Assembly (NCBI GenBank): GCA_034521815.1
Contig: JAXHLW010000001.1
Span: 279,907-343,906 of the forward strand
DNA length: 64,000 nucleotides
Source: Trueperaceae bacterium
GTDB lineage: Bacteria > Deinococcota > Deinococci > Deinococcales > Trueperaceae
Direction: 5' to 3'
Positions 33,873-45,100 of the stretch are shown here, one piece after another. The notes under the pieces were generated by a model. That model was not told the origin of the DNA. It saw only the letters and a program-made list of their open reading frames with translations, and ran no database searches. Made by a program: the position numbers and the translations under genes. Within the stretch, counting starts at the first letter, position 1. Every line of letters starts with the position of its first letter.

Positions 33873-33934
33873 ATGCGCTCCTCTCCCGGTACGGACCTCG
33901 AGTCTAGCAGGCGATCTGCGGACGGGCCGTGCCG

Positions 33935-34366
33935 TCAGCGGTGCGAACGGGCTACGACCACGAGCGCTGCGCTGATCAGGAGGAAGGCCGTGAGCGACAG
34001 GACCGGAATCGTGACGAAGCCGAACCAGTCGATGTAGGCGACGTCGCAGGGGACACCGCTACGGCAAGCGCCGGCCACGCCGAAGCCGGGGATCTTCTGG
34101 TCCAGCACGTGGTAGCCAGCGACGAGCGCGCCCAGGATCGTCAACGGCAGCGTGTACCGCACGATGCCGGCGTCGCGGTTCCACGCCGCCACGCCCAGCA
34201 CCAAGACCAGCGGATACATCAGGATGCGTTGGTACCAGCAGAGCGTGCACGGAACGAACGATCGGACCTCGCTGAACCAGAGGCTACCGAGCGTCGCCAC
34301 CAGGGCCACGACCCAGGCCAGGTACAGCGAGGCCTCGATCGTACCCGAGCTGGCCTCGTCGTTCAC
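33935..34366 (-). CDS. Disulfide bond formation protein (DsbB/BdbC family)
   Basis: SLWFSE..FVPCTLCWYQRILMYP, second pair C..GVPC, GFVTIP. Confidence 0.93.
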   Translation of the reverse strand: MNDEASSGTIEASLYLAWVVALVATLGSLWFSEVRSFVPCTLCWYQRILMYPLVLVLGVAAWNRDAGIVRYTLPLTILGALVAGYHVLDQKIPGFGVAGACRSGVPCDVAYIDWFGFVTIPVLSLTAFLLISAALVVVARSHR

Positions 34367-34394
34367 GCCGCGTCGTTCGTTCGGTGTCGTTCGT

Positions 34395-35033
34395 TCACTC
34401 GGCGTCGGCCAGGGCGGCCTCGATCGCTGCGGCGATATCGTCGTAGCCAGCTCGGACCTGCTCACCGTCCACGAAGACGGTGGGCGTTCCCTGCACGCCC
34501 AGCGCCTGCGCGTCGTCCATGTCGGCGCGAACCGCCTCGAGGCCGCGTCCGTCGGCGATGCAGCTCCGCAGCTCGTCGCCGTCCAGCTCGGAGACGTACT
34601 CCTCGGCCAGCGCGATCGCGCGAGCCTCGGTCAAGCCGCTCTGGCTCCTGAAGGCGACCTCCTCGAAGGTCCAGAACGCGTCGTTGCCCTGCTCGTACAC
34701 GCATTCGCCCACCTGCGCGATGCGCTCCGACTCGGGGCCGATGACGACGAAGTTCTTCGAGTAGTACGCCGCGGAGCCGTCGTCGACGAACTGGCGCTCC
34801 AGTCTGGGGGTGACGGCTTCAGCGAACGTAGCGCAGTGGGGGCAGAGGAAGTCCTCGAAGACGACCACGTCCACGGGCGCGTCGGCCGAGCCGAGGCGCG
34901 GCTGCGCGTCGAGCGACAGCTCGGTCCCTTGCGCGCTGGCGCCGCTCGACCCCAGCCGCGGTACGAGAACGATCGCCGCTACGACGGCGATCGCGGCGAC
35001 GAGCGTGACGATCATGATCAGACGTCGGTTCAT
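34395..35033 (-). CDS. DsbA/BdbD-family thiol-disulfide oxidoreductase with N-terminal anchor
   Basis: FEDFLCPHC, GVQGTPTVFVDG, N-terminal TM. Confidence 0.92.
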   Translation of the reverse strand: MNRRLIMIVTLVAAIAVVAAIVLVPRLGSSGASAQGTELSLDAQPRLGSADAPVDVVVFEDFLCPHCATFAEAVTPRLERQFVDDGSAAYYSKNFVVIGPESERIAQVGECVYEQGNDAFWTFEEVAFRSQSGLTEARAIALAEEYVSELDGDELRSCIADGRGLEAVRADMDDAQALGVQGTPTVFVDGEQVRAGYDDIAAAIEAALADAE

Positions 35034-35115
35034 GCGCACATGCTACCGGAGCCGATGGCCGGGCGTCGGTCGTCCGACGCGCCGACCGGGGCGAACGAAC
35101 GTGCCGTGCGGCGAC

Positions 35116-35670
35116 TCATCGGACGTGATTGTCGATGCCTTCGTACGCCGCCAGGAAGGCGGTCATGCCTTCCTCGTCGATCGTCTCGAAGCGCTGGAGC
35201 CGCCGCCACGCCGTCATGGCGTAGTCGGTCGGCATGTCGGGACGGGGGGCGATCACGACCCGGCGATAGCCGGCCGCGATCTCCTCGAGAGCGTCCACAC
35301 GGTCGAGCGTCTCGTCCTCGTCGGCCACCGGTCGGTACCAGAACACCACGCCACCGTCCTCCATGTTGTGAAGGACGCGCTGGTCCTCGACGACGTCGTC
35401 CGGACCGTACGCGCCCCATGCGGCCAGCTCGGCCGTGTGCGGCCCCGAGGTGGGCGGATCGCTGTTGTACGGCGGAACGTTGGCGCCCAACGGAACGTGA
35501 CGGTTCCCTTGGCTCGCGAACCGCTCGCCCGGAAGGTTGGCCGCACGGACGGAATCGACGACGATCGGGATGGCGATGAGCGCGGCGACGCCGATGGCGC
35601 CGAGAATCCACGGGGCCCGGCTCGCTGTGGAGCGACTGCGGCGTCGTTTGCTGCGTTGCTTCTTGGCCAT
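35116..35670 (-). CDS. DUF3105-like membrane-anchored protein
   Basis: YNSDPPTSGPH, VLHNMEDGGVVFWY, AMTAW motifs after a TM helix. Confidence 0.8.
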   Translation of the reverse strand: MAKKQRSKRRRSRSTASRAPWILGAIGVAALIAIPIVVDSVRAANLPGERFASQGNRHVPLGANVPPYNSDPPTSGPHTAELAAWGAYGPDDVVEDQRVLHNMEDGGVVFWYRPVADEDETLDRVDALEEIAAGYRRVVIAPRPDMPTDYAMTAWRRLQRFETIDEEGMTAFLAAYEGIDNHVR

Positions 35671-35787
35671 GGGCCGCTACGTTAGCAAGACGGCTCCCAC
35701 CGACGCGTCGCATTTCCGACGAAGGCCCGCGGCGCTGCACGCCGGACGAGCGTGTAAGCGGGGGGGCACGGGACCTTCGTCCCGCTT

Positions 35788-35796
35788 TGCTATGTT
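35788..35796 (+). promoter_or_regulatory. Putative extended -10 promoter of sodA
   Basis: TG-C-TATGTT about 95 bp upstream of the ATG. Confidence 0.45.
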
Positions 35797-35890
35797 CGAT
35801 TCGAGAGCCCGTCGTTCGGGCTCACGGACGTAGGTCCGTACGCCAAGCACGCAAGAAGCACCACAGCTCGTCCCCGAGGGGGTACTCCAC

Positions 35891-36490
<600 letters not shown>

Positions 36491-36529
36491 GGCGGCGATC
36501 GCCGCGCCGAGCGCTGGCGCGACGGGGCG

Positions 36530-36560
36530 GGGCACGGGGTCTTCCCCCGTGCCCTTCTTC
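36530..36560 (+). terminator. Intrinsic terminator after sodA
   Basis: GGGCACGGGG-TCTTC-CCCCGTGCCC-TTCTTC. Confidence 0.8.
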
Positions 36561-36617
36561 GTGCGGCCGGCGCAGGCGGCCGGCGCATGCTGTCGCGGCA
36601 GCGTCGGCGACGTTCCC

Positions 36618-37673
36618 TCAGCGGGACGAAGCGCCGGTCTCCGCTTCGACGTCCGCGTCCTGCTCGTCGGGACCCTCCAGGCGCGTCTCGGCGGCCCACC
36701 TCAGGTGCGCCAGGCCGCCGATCAACGGTCCGATCACGAAGTACAGATAGTGGTGCGCGAGCCGCCACAGGATGACCGCCGCCGACAGCGTGGCGGGAGC
36801 CAGCTCGCCACGAAGGGCCAGCGCCAAGGAGGCTTCCTGGTAACCACTCGCTCCAGGCGTCGGGATGGCGAAGGCGAAGGCGTGCACGATCACCTGTGCC
36901 GAGAAGGCCACGCCTGAGGGCACCTCTGCACCGAGTCCGGACAGGATGACGAGCAGCACGCCGAAGTACACCAGGCGCATGAGCGAGGACAGCAGCAGGA
37001 ACCCGACATGCCATGCCCAGCTCTGCCGGGCGACCCGCCGACTGGCGAGCTCGAGGCGCTCCAGGAACGCAGCGGAACGGATCCGCAGCCAGCGCAACGA
37101 ACGTACCGCCAGGAGTCGACGCAGCGCTCCGACGAGGAGCGCGAGGCGGAACACCAGCAGGTAGCTCGCTGCGCCTGCCAAGATCGACAGCGCCGCGACG
37201 AGCCACCCGAGGTGCACGACCGGCAGCTCGATGCCGACCAGCTGAAGGCCGAGGGCCGACACGGGCAGCGCCCAGGCGAAGAAGGTCATGTCGCCGACGA
37301 CGCACATCACGGCGATGGCTGCCGCGTTCTGGGACTTCACGCCGAAGCGGTACAGCATGTAGGCGATGCCGACGGAACTGCCGCCGCCCGCGGGCGTGAC
37401 GACGGCGCTGAAGGTGCCGACGACGTGGGCCTGAACGGCCTGCAGGAACCCCAGCCGCTCGTCGGCGGCGTGCGCCAGCATGACCAGCCGCATCGCGGAG
37501 ACCGCCCACCAAGCTCCGATCGTCGCCAGCGCCAGCGCCAGCGCGACCGGGTCGAGCTGGGCCAGCGCGCGCCACGTGTCCACGCCCAAGCCGCCGGGCA
37601 GCGCCAGGAACAGGCTGCCGACGCCGAGGACGATCGACAGGACCAGGGCCAGCCACAAGCGCGTCCGGTTCAC
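36618..37673 (-). CDS. Lysylphosphatidylglycerol synthase TM-domain / flippase-like membrane protein
   Basis: FSAVVTPAGGG, IPTPGASGYQE, ILWRLAHHY; multi-TM; GTGA overlap with the upstream glycosyltransferase. Confidence 0.85.
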   Translation of the reverse strand: MNRTRLWLALVLSIVLGVGSLFLALPGGLGVDTWRALAQLDPVALALALATIGAWWAVSAMRLVMLAHAADERLGFLQAVQAHVVGTFSAVVTPAGGGSSVGIAYMLYRFGVKSQNAAAIAVMCVVGDMTFFAWALPVSALGLQLVGIELPVVHLGWLVAALSILAGAASYLLVFRLALLVGALRRLLAVRSLRWLRIRSAAFLERLELASRRVARQSWAWHVGFLLLSSLMRLVYFGVLLVILSGLGAEVPSGVAFSAQVIVHAFAFAIPTPGASGYQEASLALALRGELAPATLSAAVILWRLAHHYLYFVIGPLIGGLAHLRWAAETRLEGPDEQDADVEAETGASSR

Positions 37674-38851
37674 GCGGACCAGGGAAGCCCGCGATCGAGG
37701 GTGTCCGACGCGACCTTCCGCGTGCGGGCGTACACCTCCAGGTAGCGACCGAGCCGTTCCGCCATGCCACGGAAATCGAACGCCGCCGCCTTCGCTTCCG
37801 CGGCCGCGAGGGTGCCTGGGTCGTCGCGATACCCAGCGAGGCGGTCTGCGAGCTCGGTCGCCGTCGTCGCGGGCCCGCCGAGCCCGTGGCGGGCGAGCAT
37901 GTCGGACATGCGGTTCTCCGCCATCCCGAAACGCTCCGGCGCGAGGATCGGCCGGCCCACCGCCAAGGCTTCGTACACCGTGGCGGGACCGGTCTTGGTC
38001 ACCACCACGTCGGCGGCGGCCATGTGCTCGCCCAGCTCCGGAACGAAACCGTCGATGCGGAGTCGCGGAAGGTCGCCGTGCGCGCTTTTCAGCGCCGCCG
38101 CGAGGTCGGCGTTGCGGCCGGTCACCACGAGCGGCTGGACCTCGGGGCCCAGCGTCCGGACGGCTCCCAAGACGCGGTCCGCGGTGCTCCCGATCCCCTC
38201 GCTGCCGAAGGTCACCAGCACCGTGAAGGCGTGTTCGTCGAGACCCAGCCGCTGGCGCGCCCGCTGTTTCGTGATGGCGTGGAGAAACGCCTCGCGCACG
38301 GGGTAGCCGACCACGTCGATGCGGTCGGCAGGGACGCCGAGACGGGCCAGTCCCACGGCGTTCAGCCGCGATGCGGTGACGCAGCGCTCGAGGTCGGGAT
38401 CGGCCCACAGCGCGTTGGCGTTCATCGTCGACGTCTCATAGGTGAGCACCGGCGTCTCCAACCCGTAGAGCCGCTGGGCGCGGGTCAGCGCGATGGTCAG
38501 CCAGCCGTGGTTGACGACCACGAGATCGGCGGTTTCCGCCGCGAGCCGTTCGGCGGCGACGCGTGCGAACCCGTCGAGCATCCAGCGGTGCGCCTGGACC
38601 GTGACTCGCGGGATCGCGTCGGCGAGTCGCTGTCCCCAGACGATGCTGGCCGGCCGTGCCAGCATTCGACGCCAGCCCGCCTTGTGCCGGAGGTCGAGGC
38701 CCGAAAACCCGTAGTCGACCATCGGCTCGAAGACCCGTGTCTCCGCGCCGAGGCGGCCCACCGCCTCGGCCATGGCCTGCGCCGTGCTGACGTGAGCGCC
38801 GCCGGCGGCGATCGTCGCGAACAGGATCCTGGGCGCTGCAGAAGAGGTCAT
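37670..38851 (-). CDS. MGDG synthase / UgtP-like GT28 glycosyltransferase
   Basis: AGGAHVSTAQA, VVGYPVR, VTGRN, MAAADVVVTKTGPATVYEALAVGRP. Confidence 0.88.
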   Translation of the reverse strand: MTSSAAPRILFATIAAGGAHVSTAQAMAEAVGRLGAETRVFEPMVDYGFSGLDLRHKAGWRRMLARPASIVWGQRLADAIPRVTVQAHRWMLDGFARVAAERLAAETADLVVVNHGWLTIALTRAQRLYGLETPVLTYETSTMNANALWADPDLERCVTASRLNAVGLARLGVPADRIDVVGYPVREAFLHAITKQRARQRLGLDEHAFTVLVTFGSEGIGSTADRVLGAVRTLGPEVQPLVVTGRNADLAAALKSAHGDLPRLRIDGFVPELGEHMAAADVVVTKTGPATVYEALAVGRPILAPERFGMAENRMSDMLARHGLGGPATTATELADRLAGYRDDPGTLAAAEAKAAAFDFRGMAERLGRYLEVYARTRKVASDTLDRGLPWSA

Positions 38852-39003
38852 GATGCCGGCGCTAGACTACCGCGCTTCGCTGGCGGCCGGCGCCGCGCCA
38901 GGCGCGGCTCGGACGCAGCAGGGCACGGCGCTCGGCCCGATGCCGTTCCATGGGTACCCAGGGGACCGATGCCGAGGGCGCGCGCGCCGCCTAGCCTGGC
39001 GGC

Positions 39004-39504
39004 ATGCACGAGCGGCGCGAGACGGTCCTCACGGCGGTGTTCCTCACGGCGTGCCTGGCGCTCGTCGCGGTGGGCCTGTGGCCGCGGCTTCACGCGCGCC
39101 GGACGGTGCCGGTCCCGGAGGTCCCCGAGCTGGTGGTGGCGGTGCACGGCGCGGTCCGCTCGGCCGGCAGCTACCGCCTGCCGTGGGGCGCACGGGTCGC
39201 CGACCTCGTGGAAGCGGCAGGGGGACTCGGTCCGGACGCGGCGTCCGAGCTGGTGGACCTCGCCGCTCCGCTGACGCACGGATCGACGGTGCACGTTCCA
39301 CGGGCCACCGGCCCCGAGGGCGAGACCCGCGTCTCGATCAACGCCGCCCCTGAACGCGAGCTGGAGACGCTGCCCGGGATCGGACCGGCGCTGGCGGGAC
39401 GCATCGTCGACGCCAGGCCGTTCTCGAGCGTCGACGACCTCGAGCGCGTGCGCGGTATCGGACCGGCCACGCTCGAGCGTCTTCGCAGCCGCGTCACGCC
39501 GTGA
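39004..39504 (+). CDS. comEA: Competence DNA-binding protein (TM, SLBB, HhH)
   Basis: VAVHGAVRSAGSYRL, VSINAA..ELETLPGIGPALA..I, VRGIGPATLE. Confidence 0.93.
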   Translation: MHERRETVLTAVFLTACLALVAVGLWPRLHARRTVPVPEVPELVVAVHGAVRSAGSYRLPWGARVADLVEAAGGLGPDAASELVDLAAPLTHGSTVHVPRATGPEGETRVSINAAPERELETLPGIGPALAGRIVDARPFSSVDDLERVRGIGPATLERLRSRVTP

Positions 39505-41660
39505 CCGGATTCGTTCCGTGGAGCGTGCCGGCGGGTCTCGGCGTCGCCCTCGGGGCGGCCGCGGCCGCGGCGGGGCTTCCCGCAGCGCTGAGCTGGTGCG
39601 CCTGGGCGCTGGCGCCCCTCCTGGTGCGCGGCCGGTTCCGCGTCTGGCTGGCTCTTCCCCTGCTGTTGCCGATCGGGCACCTGAGGCACGACCAGCGCGA
39701 GGCACGACCCGACGCCCTGACCCCGCTGACCGGACGGGCGGTCGAGCTCGCCGGCTGGTCGGACGCCCGCTCGCTGCGTCTGGAGGGAACGTCGGTCGTC
39801 GTCGCTCTGCGGCCCGTGGGCGACGTGCCCCGCGGCAGGGTGCGCGTGCGCGGTCGCTTGGAGGCGGCGACCGGCGCCCGGAACCCGGGCGGGTTCGACC
39901 AGAGGGCGTGGCTTCGCCGGCGTGGCGGCGCCCACCTGGTACGGGTCGACGCCGTCACCTCGGCGCAGCCGGAGGGAGGCCTGCGGGCGCGAATGCGCGC
40001 CGGTGTGACGGCCGGGCTGGCGCCCGAGCCGGCGCTGCTGATGCGGGCGCTGGTGCTGGGGGAGCGCGAGGACGCGAGCGAGCTGCGCGACACGTTCGCT
40101 CGGGCCGGCCTCGCGCATCTGCTGGCGCTGTCGGGTCTGCACCTCGGCGTGCTGGCCGCGTTCGTGGGCACGCTGCTCGCGCCCCTCGGGCCTGCGCGCT
40201 GGTCGCTGGTCGCTGCGGCCGCCGCGGCGTTCACCGTGTGGATCGGGCCCACACCGAGCCTGATCCGGGCCGCCGTGATGACGGCGGCGGGCGGTCTTTC
40301 GGTCGCGTCGGGCGCGGGGCGGCCCGATCCGCCGGCGACGCTGGGGTTGGCCGCCACGGCGACGCTGCTGGCGCGCCCCGACTGGCTGTTCGATCTCGCC
40401 TTCCAGCTGTCGTACCTGTCGCTGATCGGAATCGTGGCGCTGGGCGCACCCGTCGCGCGGCGGCTCGGCCGAGGGCGACCGGCCCGCGACCCCCGCGTCT
40501 GGCTTCCCGCCTCGCTCGCGATCAGCACGGCCGCGACCGTGGCCGGCCTGCCGCTCGTCGTCGACGCGTTCGGCCGGGCGGCGCCGTTCGGGCCGGCGGT
40601 GAATCTGATCGCCGTTCCGCTCGCGACGGTGCTGCTGCCCCTGGGCCTCGTCGCCGGCGTGGCGGGCGCGTTCATGCCCGCCTTGGGCGAGGCCACGGGA
40701 TGGATCACCGAGCCCCTCGCGGAAGCGCTGCTCGCGACCGCTGAGATCGGCGCACGCCTCCCAGGCATCGCCTGGGGTGGCGTGGCGCCGCTGGGCGTCG
40801 CGCTGTGGACGATCGGCCTGGCCCCGTGGGCGTGGACGGCGCGCGGGTGGCTGCGCCCGTGGAGGGCGGCGGCGGTCACGAGCTGCGCCGTGGCGGCGTC
40901 TCTGATCACGGCGTTCCCGGCGCCGACCCCCGAGCTGGTCGTGCTCGATGTCGGCCAAGGCGACGCGGTGCTGCTGCGTCTGCCGCGACGGACCGAGGTG
41001 CTGATCGACGGTGGGGGCACGCCCTTCTCCGACTACGACGTCGCTGCGGCGCAGGTGCTGCCCGCCCTCCGCGCCCTCGACGTCGACGAGCTGGAGCTGG
41101 TCGTGTCCACGCACGCCGACATGGACCATGCCGAAGGACTGCAGACGGTGCTGCGCTCGCTCCCGGTCGCCGCGCTGGCGTACGGCCATCCGGCGCCGGA
41201 ACGTCCGGCGTGGGAGCGCCTGGTGGCGATCGCACATGCCGAGCGCGTGCCGCTCGTGCCGTTGCGGCGGGGTCAGGTGCTGCGCTTCGGCGAGGCGGAG
41301 CTGCACGTGCTCCATCCCGGCGAGCGGCCCAGCGGCGAGCCGAACGAGGACTCGGTCGCGCTGAGGATCGACTGGCGGGGCAGACCGTGGGCGCTGCTGG
41401 CCGGCGACGTCTCGACCCGGGTCGAACGGTCGTTGGCCGTGCCCCAGCTCGACGTCGTGCTCGCCCCGCATCACGGCTCGTCCCACTCGACCGGCGCCGC
41501 GCTCTTGCGAGCGGCCCGGCCGCGCTACGTCGCGGTGTCGGTCGGTACGAACCGGTACGGACATCCTTCTGCGGCGGTCTTGCGCCGAGTGCGCGAGTCC
41601 GGTGCCGAGGTTCTCCGTACCGACGAACTCGGGGCGATCCGACTCGCGCCCTCATGGTAG
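39501..41660 (+). CDS. comEC: DNA uptake channel ComEC/Rec2 with metallo-beta-lactamase domain
   Basis: RNPGGFD, AHLLALSGLH, FQLSY, LDVGQGDA, THADMDH, HHGS, NRYGHP. Confidence 0.95.
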   Translation: MTGFVPWSVPAGLGVALGAAAAAAGLPAALSWCAWALAPLLVRGRFRVWLALPLLLPIGHLRHDQREARPDALTPLTGRAVELAGWSDARSLRLEGTSVVVALRPVGDVPRGRVRVRGRLEAATGARNPGGFDQRAWLRRRGGAHLVRVDAVTSAQPEGGLRARMRAGVTAGLAPEPALLMRALVLGEREDASELRDTFARAGLAHLLALSGLHLGVLAAFVGTLLAPLGPARWSLVAAAAAAFTVWIGPTPSLIRAAVMTAAGGLSVASGAGRPDPPATLGLAATATLLARPDWLFDLAFQLSYLSLIGIVALGAPVARRLGRGRPARDPRVWLPASLAISTAATVAGLPLVVDAFGRAAPFGPAVNLIAVPLATVLLPLGLVAGVAGAFMPALGEATGWITEPLAEALLATAEIGARLPGIAWGGVAPLGVALWTIGLAPWAWTARGWLRPWRAAAVTSCAVAASLITAFPAPTPELVVLDVGQGDAVLLRLPRRTEVLIDGGGTPFSDYDVAAAQVLPALRALDVDELELVVSTHADMDHAEGLQTVLRSLPVAALAYGHPAPERPAWERLVAIAHAERVPLVPLRRGQVLRFGEAELHVLHPGERPSGEPNEDSVALRIDWRGRPWALLAGDVSTRVERSLAVPQLDVVLAPHHGSSHSTGAALLRAARPRYVAVSVGTNRYGHPSAAVLRRVRESGAEVLRTDELGAIRLAPSW

Positions 41661-41668
41661 ATTCCCCC

Positions 41669-42424
41669 ATGCTCAAGACCGTGCGCGTGCTCGCCGAGAA
41701 CGGCCCGGTGCGCGTCGAGCTCGCACGGAGCGAGGATCGGCTCGTCGTCGTGAAGCGGCTCTCCGGCTTCAATCCCGACCTCGAGCGCCGTCTGGCCCGC
41801 GAGGCGGAGGTCGTCGGGAAGCTCGATCACCCGAACATCCTGCCGTTGCTGTTCGCGCGCGACGGCGCGCTGATCTACCCGTACGTTCCCGGTATCGCCC
41901 TGGCCGAGGCGCTGGAGCTCGGTCCGCTGTCGGTGCAGCGCGCGCTCAGGATCGCGCACGATCTGCTCTTGGCGCTCGAGTACGCCCACGACCAAGGCAT
42001 CATCCACAACGACGTCAAGCCCGGCAACGTGATGGTTCGCGGCGAGCGGGTGCTGCTGCTCGATTTCGGGTTCGCCAAGGACCTGGGGCTCGCGGCGATC
42101 ACCTCGACCTCGACCGCGATGGGGACGCCGAACTACATGGCCCCCGAGCAGTTCGCCGGCGAGCGCAGCGATCCGCGGAGCGATCTGTACGCCGTCGGGG
42201 CGGTCGTCTACCACGCGATCACGGGCCAGCCGCCGTACGGACGCGACGTGATCCGCGTGCTGGTGGGCGACCGCAGCGTGTCCCTCGCGCCGCTGCCCCC
42301 ATCGGCGCGTGTGGCGTGGAGCTGGCTGCAGCGCGCGCTGGCGCCCGACCCGTGCGACCGGTTCGTCAGCGCGCGGGCGATGCTGGACGAGCTTCCCTCG
42401 GCGGGTGTCGAGCTTTTCGCATGA
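41669..42424 (+). CDS. Ser/Thr protein kinase, minimal and atypical
   Basis: VVVK, REAE...LDHPNI, HNDVKPGN, DFG, GTPNYMAPE, SDLYAVG; no canonical Gly-rich loop. Confidence 0.9.
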   Translation: MLKTVRVLAENGPVRVELARSEDRLVVVKRLSGFNPDLERRLAREAEVVGKLDHPNILPLLFARDGALIYPYVPGIALAEALELGPLSVQRALRIAHDLLLALEYAHDQGIIHNDVKPGNVMVRGERVLLLDFGFAKDLGLAAITSTSTAMGTPNYMAPEQFAGERSDPRSDLYAVGAVVYHAITGQPPYGRDVIRVLVGDRSVSLAPLPPSARVAWSWLQRALAPDPCDRFVSARAMLDELPSAGVELFA

Positions 42425-43371
42425 TCGTCGCGTTCTCGGGCGATCCGTTTCTCGCTCGACGCTCGGCCCGGCAGGAGCTGCGTGAGCGGGGCGTGGCGCC
42501 CGGCGAGGTGATGGAGCACGGCGAAGGTCTCGTCCCCGAGCAGATCGAGGCCGCCGTCCACCAGGCGGGACTGTTCGGGGCGACGGTGCTGCTGCTGGAC
42601 TTCGACGTCGCGTTCGAGGGCCAGGCCGGCGTGGCGCCGCGCGCGGCGGCCATGAAGGCGCTGGCGACGGTTCCAGGCGACGCGCTGGTCGTCGTGATCG
42701 ATTCGAAGGCGACGGCGGCGCGACAGAAGGCGTGGCGGGAGCTGGGCACGCTGGAGCACCAGCCGACACCGCGCTTCGCCGGGCTGCGCGGCTGGATCGC
42801 GAAAGAGGCGGAGGCGAAAGGACTGCGGATCCGCGGCGCCGTGCCCGCCGTGTTGGCCGATCTGTTCGGCGAGGACCTTCCGGCGCTCGCGGCCGAGATC
42901 GAGAAGCTCGCCGTGCTGGACGAGGTGCTGGACGAGGCTCGGGTCCGCGAGCTGGTGCGAAGGCCGGCCTCCCGCGACGCGTTCGACCTGATCGACGCCA
43001 TCACCGCCGGCGACGAGGCGACCGCCGTGCGAACGGCGCGCCTTCTCTTGGACGCCGGAGAGGCCGCCCCGCGCATCTTGGGCGCGCTGGTCTGGCAGGC
43101 GTCGCTGGTGGCGCGGGCGGTCGCGCTTCGCGAACGCGACGGCGACGTCGCCAAGGCGGTCGCGGCGAAGGCGCTGGGCGCCGCGCCGTTCCCGGCCGGC
43201 AAGGCGATGGACATCGCCCGCCGGCTCGACGAGCACGCGCTGCGCGAGGTGTTCGACGTGCTCCTGGAGGTCGAGTCGGCGATCAAGACGGGCCGCAGGG
43301 AGCCGGGCTGGGCGATCGAGGCGTGCGCGCTCGAGCTCGCGACCCGGTTCGCACGACGCCAGCCCGCCTGA
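42421..43371 (+). CDS. holA: DNA polymerase III delta subunit
   Basis: MIVAFSGDPFLA, GLFG, LAAEIEKL, AFDLIDAI, IKTG; position downstream of comEC. Confidence 0.85.
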   Translation: MIVAFSGDPFLARRSARQELRERGVAPGEVMEHGEGLVPEQIEAAVHQAGLFGATVLLLDFDVAFEGQAGVAPRAAAMKALATVPGDALVVVIDSKATAARQKAWRELGTLEHQPTPRFAGLRGWIAKEAEAKGLRIRGAVPAVLADLFGEDLPALAAEIEKLAVLDEVLDEARVRELVRRPASRDAFDLIDAITAGDEATAVRTARLLLDAGEAAPRILGALVWQASLVARAVALRERDGDVAKAVAAKALGAAPFPAGKAMDIARRLDEHALREVFDVLLEVESAIKTGRREPGWAIEACALELATRFARRQPA

Positions 43372-45015
<1,644 letters not shown>

Positions 45016-45100
45016 ACTCTGGGGCGCTGCACGGAGGGCGGTCGCTTTTTCGGGCGCCCGACGGATCCGTGCATCCGAGCGTGCACCGAAGGAGACTCGA

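Noticed and set aside
40805-42420. Long N-terminal extensions on the kinase (from 40805) and HolA (from 41602)
   Set aside because: They overlap comEC and the kinase in other frames; the supported starts are 41669 and 42421.
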